Source: Chrysomallon squamiferum (lineage: Eukaryota; Animalia; Mollusca). Taken from it: a stretch of DNA of 64,000 bases. The translations under genes and the position numbers were made by a program. The notes below the pieces were generated by a model. The model saw only the letters and a program-made list of their open reading frames with translations, was not told where the DNA came from and did not search any database. Below, piece by piece: positions 57,185 through 64,000 of the stretch (the stretch's first letter is position 1; the number at the start of each line of letters is the position of its first letter). The stretch covers positions 27,900,001-27,964,000 of the forward strand of contig CM022679.1 in the NCBI GenBank assembly GCA_012295275.1. Reading direction: 5' to 3'.

Positions 57185-57412
57185 CTTGTGTATTTCTGTT
57201 TGTTATAACGACGCTGTTCACCAAGTACGTTCCGTGCAGGTCTATCATCCACCAGGGGGCGTAGTCCAGTGTGTTAGTCCTCGCACACCCATCTTTATAA
57301 AAATTTGTCCCCCAGTTCCCGTCCACTGCGTACTCGGACTTTGAGTTCGGGTAAGGAAACGTGGAGCTCATCGTTGTACGTTTCCCTGCAGCAGCATTGT
57401 ACACAGCTGTAC
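57185..57412 (-). CDS. F-type lectin/PAN protein exon 2: N-terminal half of the F-type lectin (fucolectin) domain
   Basis: tttgcag acceptor (phase 1). Translates as NAAAGKRTTMSST...AVDGN...CART...PWWMIDL...VNSVVITNR and ends at a GC donor AAG|gcaaga (phase 1). Confidence 0.88.
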
Positions 57413-58065
57413 CTGCAAACCAAGTCGCAGTTGTTAGACATAGCAAACATGAAACACCCACTCGTCTGTGAGGTTCGATTATATAGTACTTAGTACATTT
57501 CACTCAGTTATTGAAATAAAAACCTCGTTGCAATAGTAACAGTAGTAGTAGTAGAAACAGCGGTAGTAGCAGTAGTAACAGTTGTAGTAGTAGTAATAAT
57601 ACTAACAGTAATAGTAGTAGTAAGTACCAGCAATAGTTATAGTAGTAATAGTAATCGCAATAGTAGTAGTAGCGGTAATAGTTCTAGTAGTAATAGTAAT
57701 AGTTGTTGTAGTAGTAGTTGTTCTAGTAGTAGTAGTAATAGTAGTAGTTGTAATAGTAATTGTAATAATAGCAACAGTAGTAATATTAGCAATAATAGTA
57801 GTAATAGTATTAATAATAGTTACAGTAGTAGTAGCAGAAGTAACAGTAGTACTAGCAGTAGTAGTAGTTGTAGATACTGTTTTAGTGATATCATTGGTAG
57901 GAGAATAGTAGTTTTAGTAATAGTAAAAGTAGAATAGTTGTATTAGTCGTAGTAGTTGTAGTAGCAACAGCAGACGTAATAGCAGAAGAACAACAACAAC
58001 AAACAGAATAAAAAGAAGAAGTAGAGTAGTATACAAAGTAGTTTCGGTAAAGGAAAAATACCTAC

Positions 58066-58123
58066 CCCTGCACAGAGAAATGATTTTCATGGCAACCAGA
58101 ACTAAGTGGTACTTCCAGTTCAT
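58066..58123 (-). CDS. F-type lectin/PAN protein exon 1: signal peptide MNWKYHLVLVAMKIISLCRG
   Basis: ATG, hydrophobic leader and G|gtaggt donor (phase 1), compatible with exon 2. Confidence 0.75.
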
Positions 58124-58434
58124 ATTCCGAGAATCACACAGAAATCTACAGCAGTCGATAAACTGAACGCTAACAATGTTTCCACGATGAACGAGTGCTG
58201 AGAGTCATGCTTGACAAATTCTTTAGATATAACTGAATTTTTGATTACTTTAATTTTGTTTTCAATTATTCTCAAAGGTACTCGTTGATAAAATAAATAA
58301 AAGCGCTGGATAACAATCCCTTTTATGACAGTCATCAGTGCTGGTCGTAGGCTAGTGAAATAATCTGATCGTCTTTAGGGAATTAACTGATTAAATGCTC
58401 AGAATTAAAACTATCCGAATTCAGTCAATATTAC

Positions 58435-58550
<116 letters not shown>

Positions 58551-58659
58551 TATCTCAGTATTTTTGTTTCCTTGCATTTGGAAGTTTTATGTATTTTTTA
58601 ATATTTACATAGGCATTTCAATAGTAGATATATTCATCTTTTTCTTATCTACGTATAAC

Positions 58660-58780
<121 letters not shown>

Positions 58781-58959
58781 ATCTGTAATAAGATGAAATA
58801 CAGATTAAATTTAACAAATAGAAGAAGAAAAACATTAACTTCAGGTAAATTTTATTTCGAATAAATTATGATAATATTTACTACGTGTTTAATATAAAAA
58901 AAAAATAATAATAAAAAATAATAACAATTACAACACTTTGTTTCTGTTACTACTGTTTG

Positions 58960-59000
<41 letters not shown>

Positions 59001-59038
59001 CACCACAACACTACAACTACTACTACTACTACTATTAT

Positions 59039-59070
<32 letters not shown>

Positions 59071-59587
59071 TTACTACTATTACTACTACTACTACTACTA
59101 CTACTACTATTACTACTGTTGTTGTATTTACAGAACTCACGTATTACTCTAGGCGATGCGTTTTGCTGTGTGTATAGTAAGAGTTATGTCTCTTCCGTTA
59201 GAAAACCTGCAGTGGTTAGTTGTTTTTTGGTTTCGTGTTGTTATTTATTTATTTATTTATTTATTTGTTTGTTTATTTATTTATAAGTGTATCTGTGCTA
59301 TTAATAAATAATAGAATGAAAGTTTTATTTTATATATTTATAATTTCTTTAAAGAAAGAAAGAAGAAAAACAGACGATGAGGAAAAGAAAACAGAAACAG
59401 GAAAAATAAATTGAAGACTTAGAAGAAAATAATGGTGATGCTGAAGAAAAAATAATAAACAGGCAACAAAATTAAAACATATAAAGAGAAAAAGTATACA
59501 GAAAGAATAGAAACGAAAATATAGCAATTAAATTAATAATAACAATTACAACAAAGCAAGTAACAATAACTAGTAATAATAATAATA

Positions 59588-59630
<43 letters not shown>

Positions 59631-59704
59631 TCAATAATGTAGGTATTAGTAGTAGTACTAGTAGAAGCAGCAGCAGCTGTAGTAATAATAACAACAACAG
59701 TATA

Positions 59705-59735
<31 letters not shown>

Positions 59736-60492
59736 ACAAGACTTAAAAAGGTAATAATTAAAAAATAGTAATAATTCAAAGCATAATTTAAGAAATAAAA
59801 TTAAAATTTTGTCGCGGCAAACAAGTGTCGTATTTTCTCAGTTATTTCTACATGTAAGAAAAACGAGACTAGACTGAGGAAGAAAAAGAAGTGTTTACAG
59901 AACAACACACTCAGTACTGTTTTAATATTTGGTTGTGTGACGTCAGAGTATGATAATAAGAATATTTTAAGAGAAAAGTCGCTGCAGTAAAGTGGTGGAT
60001 TTCTTTTTGTTTCTTCTACTTTGTTTTTGATTATCAGCGATGTATCGCTCTATTTACGACTTCCAGTTGAAAAACACTCCATTGCCTTGGATGAAGCAGC
60101 AGTAACAGTAAGAGTGGAGACAGTAAGTACAATAAAAGGTGGTGTTGACGAAGAAAATGAATGACTATCATTAACTCGAAAGATAGCTAACGTATTGAAA
60201 TTCTTTATGACGTCATAATGGCATGACGTCAAATGTGTTGTGTTTGCTCCCATTGAGTTGTTTGGATGCATCAGATTTCAGATATTCTCGTCTACAGTAA
60301 ATCTACAATTTATTGATTTATTTCACCTGGTATTGTTATTGTCAGTGTACTGGTTTCTTTGGTTTTGCGTGCTTTAATTATTAATTTTGTTTTTGTTACT
60401 GTAGCTCTTCTTTTTGTTTCGATTTTTCTTGTTTTAGTTATTATTTATAATTTTATACATATTTCAGTTCTTGTTACTACTTTTACTACCAT

Positions 60493-60552
<60 letters not shown>

Positions 60553-60685
60553 AACTACTACCATCAGCACCACCACTTCTACTATAACTACTACTACTAC
60601 TATTTGTATTATTATTGTTGGTGGTGATGGTGATGATTATTATTTTATTATTGTTGGTGCTGAGAATGAAAGTTGTGTGCAGTTT

Positions 60686-60855
60686 GTAAGTAAGTTAGTG
60701 TTTTAGTGTCATGTAAGTAAGTTAGTGTTTTAGTGTCATGTAAGTTAGTGTGTTAGTGTCTTGTAAGTAAGTTAGTGTGTTAGTATCATGTAAGTAAGTT
60801 AGTGTTTTAGTGTCATGTAAGTAAGTTAGTGTTTTAGTGTCTTGTAAGTAAGTAG
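60686..60855. repeat. ~27-bp minisatellite (gtaagtaagttagtgttttagtgtcat), ~6 copies
   Basis: Direct tandem units. Confidence 0.9.
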
Positions 60856-61499
60856 CTGATGTTGATGCTTGATATTTCCTTAATTACAACATATTTTTAT
60901 AATTGTCTTATTTTAGATTTTATTTTATTTTCTTTGTTTATTTTAGATTTTATTTTATTTTATTTACTTACGTGTTTGTTTGGGTATTTGTTTATTTGTT
61001 TATTTTTTCATGTATTCGTTTATTTATTTGTATGTTTGTTTCTTTTTTATTTTTATTTTTCTTTATTTTTGATATCTATTATTATTATTTTCGTTGTTGT
61101 TACTACTACTACTACTACTACTACTACTATTACAATCTGCTACTATTACTAGTACTACAACTATAGTTCTACTACTATTACTTATATCGCTATTATTAGT
61201 ATAGCATATCGCTATACTAGTTCTATATTTATTACCACCATATTTACTAATTATTACTCTTACTATAACTACTACTACAACTACTATTACTGTTAACGTT
61301 ATTACTACAGTTATAACCATTACTACAATTATTTCTATAATAACTACTACTACTGTCGCTACTACTATAACTACTACTACTAATACAAGTACAAATAATG
61401 TCATTGTTTTTGTAATATTACTGATATCATTTTTAATTATTACTACTTCGATGTGAGTGTTATCGGTTTCCCTCGTGATGTATTGAATTGTATCTGTGT

Positions 61500-61950
61500 T
61501 TGAAAACTGGTTATCTCAGACACGTGTCTATCCTCTCTTCTCTGCCGCCCTTTACCCTGGCGACACGTACAGCAGCCAGCGAACCTGAACGCCAGCGAGA
61601 AGTACCGGGAATGCACGAGCGCCTTTTAGCAGATCAATACATTGTGTACACAGCGTACGAGTAGCGCGAGTCAGACCTCGCCACTTACCGTAGACAGCCG
61701 ACAGCGTGTGTGAAGCGGCACGCGTGACTAACGTAATCCATGCACAACAGTGCACAGTGCTTGCTACAGGCGACGATGTATCGCTTACACAGCCGAACAG
61801 TCCGGCGTTAAAAGCTTCTTCATCTGTTTGTTAAAAACACGTGTGTGTTAAGAACCAGCGCGAGACAGAACTGCGGTGTAGCGGGCGAGGCCAGTTATGT
61901 CGTAGATCGGATTACCTGCGCGTGACTGTCCGTGCGGGTGTGTGTCCAGG
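61500..61950 (+). promoter_or_regulatory. CpG-rich promoter/5'UTR region of the second GPCR
   Basis: Abrupt GC/CpG enrichment immediately upstream of the CDS in an otherwise AT-rich background. Confidence 0.45.
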
Positions 61951-61952
61951 TG

Positions 61953-62708
61953 ATGGGGGGTTGGGCGGACAACTGTTCGGAAGGTGTCTGTGATAAGTCG
62001 ATGACGGAAGTGATCACGTTTGAAAGTAACGCGACAGGAAACTTGTCAGTGATACTTTCCGGTGACTCTCAGATTGGATTAATATTCCTCTACTCTCTGA
62101 CGACGGTGTTCTCCATCATCGGCAATATCCTCGTCGTGCTGGTGTTCACGAGAGGACGACGTTGTCGCACGGACATCAGACCCTACCTGATTAACCTGGC
62201 CATGGCCGACCTGCTGATGGCGTTGTTCTGCATGCCGTTCACGTTCACGTCTGTGATGACGAGCACGTGGGTGTTCTCCAAACCCATGTGTCCCATAGTT
62301 CTGTTCGTCCAGCATCTGTCAGTGTCCTCCAGCGTCTTCACAAACATGGCCATCGGCATTGACCGGTTCCTCGTGGTCATGTTTCCCTTCAGGTCGAGAC
62401 TGACCACTTCCAGAGCCAAATACGTCATCATGTCCATCTGGGTAAGCGCTGTGAGTCTGTCCTCCGTGCAGCTGGTTGTCGGAAGGGCCAAAGACACGCT
62501 GAACAACACGCTGGAATGCGATGAAGACTGGACGGACCAACATTCGAGGAGGATTTTTACCACTTTTGTTTTGTTTATTACCTACATTATACCTCTGTGT
62601 ATTCTAGCTGTCACATATTCTATAGTGGCTATTCTTCTGTGGAAGCGGACAGCTCCGGGAAATGCCGATCAAGCCCGAGATCTGCAGCAGCTTCGAGCGA
62701 AAAGAAAG
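61953..62708 (+). CDS. Neuropeptide-type class A GPCR (tachykinin/RYamide/NPY/GPR83-like group), coding exon covering TM1-TM5; partial
   Basis: N-glycosylation sequons NCS/NAT/NLS, IIGNILV (TM1), NLAMADLL and FCMPFTF (TM2), GIDRF (DRY variant), ECDEDW (ECL2), YIIPL (TM5). Donor AAG|gtaagt at 62709 after RAKRK. TM6-7 not found in the window. Confidence 0.88.
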
Positions 62709-63056
62709 GTAAGTGATCTGAAACAAACTCTCAGAAATGAAATGATGTAAATTTGAGGACTGTCTTATCTGGATTTTTCTGCTTTAGATTGGCTCGTCTT
62801 CAGTTTATTATCCAGTACAACTCGTTTCTCAAATTTTGTGGTTCGTGTTGTCATGATAACGTCCATGTAAAAACAGTCAATAACACTAACCCAAAAATTA
62901 ATTCCTCGCAAATCCACAACTGTAGTTTGAATAGCAGCAGTAGCAGTAATGACAGTAATAGTCGTAGTAGGAACAAGAGTAGTAAACAGTAATAGCAAAA
63001 CAACGACATAAATAAAAGTAAAGACAACAATGATTACTTCTATATTAATACTAGAA

Positions 63057-63096
<40 letters not shown>

Positions 63097-64000
63097 GCAC
63101 ATACGTATATTGCAGACACTGTGACAAAACATTTCAATATTTCAGACATGCAGCAGTGTGTTATAAATTATTTAAATTTTATTCCTCAAAGAAATATTTA
63201 TTGATCATTACAACAAAATTTAATACATTATCTGAAGATGTTAGCAAAAATCATCGATACTGTTTCTCAAGCGGTCACAAGCGAACAGTAACACAACATA
63301 AAACACGGAAATAATTCAAACAAGATGGAGGGGGAGAAGATATGGAATGAAAAAGAAGAAACCAGAATGATCAATCATAATCTTGCGAAGTGAACAAGAT
63401 TTATTTTCTTCTGGTGTGATTTCTGTGAACGCGGGAGTAGTTCTTTATGAGTGGAAGTTTTGCAATTACTGCGAGAAATGGGTCACTGTGCTCAGCGAAA
63501 CGAAACGAACTATTTAACAGCGCTCCCGAGTGAATAAAAACCCACAGAAATATGTTTTACATTACAAAATATAAAACTTTTTTTTTTTTTTTTTTTGGAA
63601 ACTCACTAACGTATGGGAAAGGAAGGTCCTGGTTTAAAACTAACGAAAGTCAATGCTGTGGAGAGATCTGAAGACGTCAAAAACAAATTTGTAGTTTAAA
63701 TAATGTTTTATAAACTGCGTTGTAGTATGAAACACTGAGCTTTATTTTACATGTCTAAATCTGACTTTGTTTATGAATGTTTCTGTAATAACGATAAACA
63801 TTTTTTTCCTTTTTTATTAATTTTTTTATTTTTAATGGTAAACTGCACAATTAATGGCAAAGAGGGTAAACTTCATTTATAAAAAACATAAAGACAAAAA
63901 ATGCCGGTTCTGTCCTCAGAGAGATAGGCCAAGCACACGTAATGAAATTAAAAGACGTTCAAAAGAAACCAAATGACATGCAGAAATTGCGTAATACAAT

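Noticed and set aside
62709-62750. C-terminal VSDLKQTLRNEMM of the second GPCR ORF
   Set aside because: Read-through into the intron after a perfect AAG|GTAAGT donor.

Overview
AT-rich, microsatellite-dense animal genomic DNA, most likely a mollusc/gastropod (inferred from gene content and repeat landscape). It is not prokaryotic and has no CRISPR array. Most ORF-track entries are simple-repeat artefacts. Genes read from the sequence: (1) an allatostatin-A/galanin-type neuropeptide GPCR with an intronless CDS (27437-28558, +); (2) an unannotated micro-exon gene (46145-47555, +; 77 coding nt in the first exon, then exons of 35, 51 and 26 nt) encoding a ~61-aa secreted prepropeptide with a signal peptide, CxxC and a KRR cleavage site; (3) a complete 4-exon, 256-aa secreted F-type lectin + PAN/Apple protein (58123-53403, -), which needs a GC-AG intron and has a degenerate fucose-binding motif; (4) a coding exon (TM1-TM5) of a second neuropeptide-type GPCR (61953-62708, +), with no downstream exon identified in the window. 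Mobile DNA: a decayed Ty1/copia pol remnant with PPT and candidate 3' LTR (50220-~52000, -), a hAT MITE with TIRs and TSD, a probable Harbinger-like MITE, tRNA-derived SINE-like elements, a 3-kb-spaced inverted repeat pair, local duplications and many minisatellites. All splice models were assembled by eye and are not transcript-validated.
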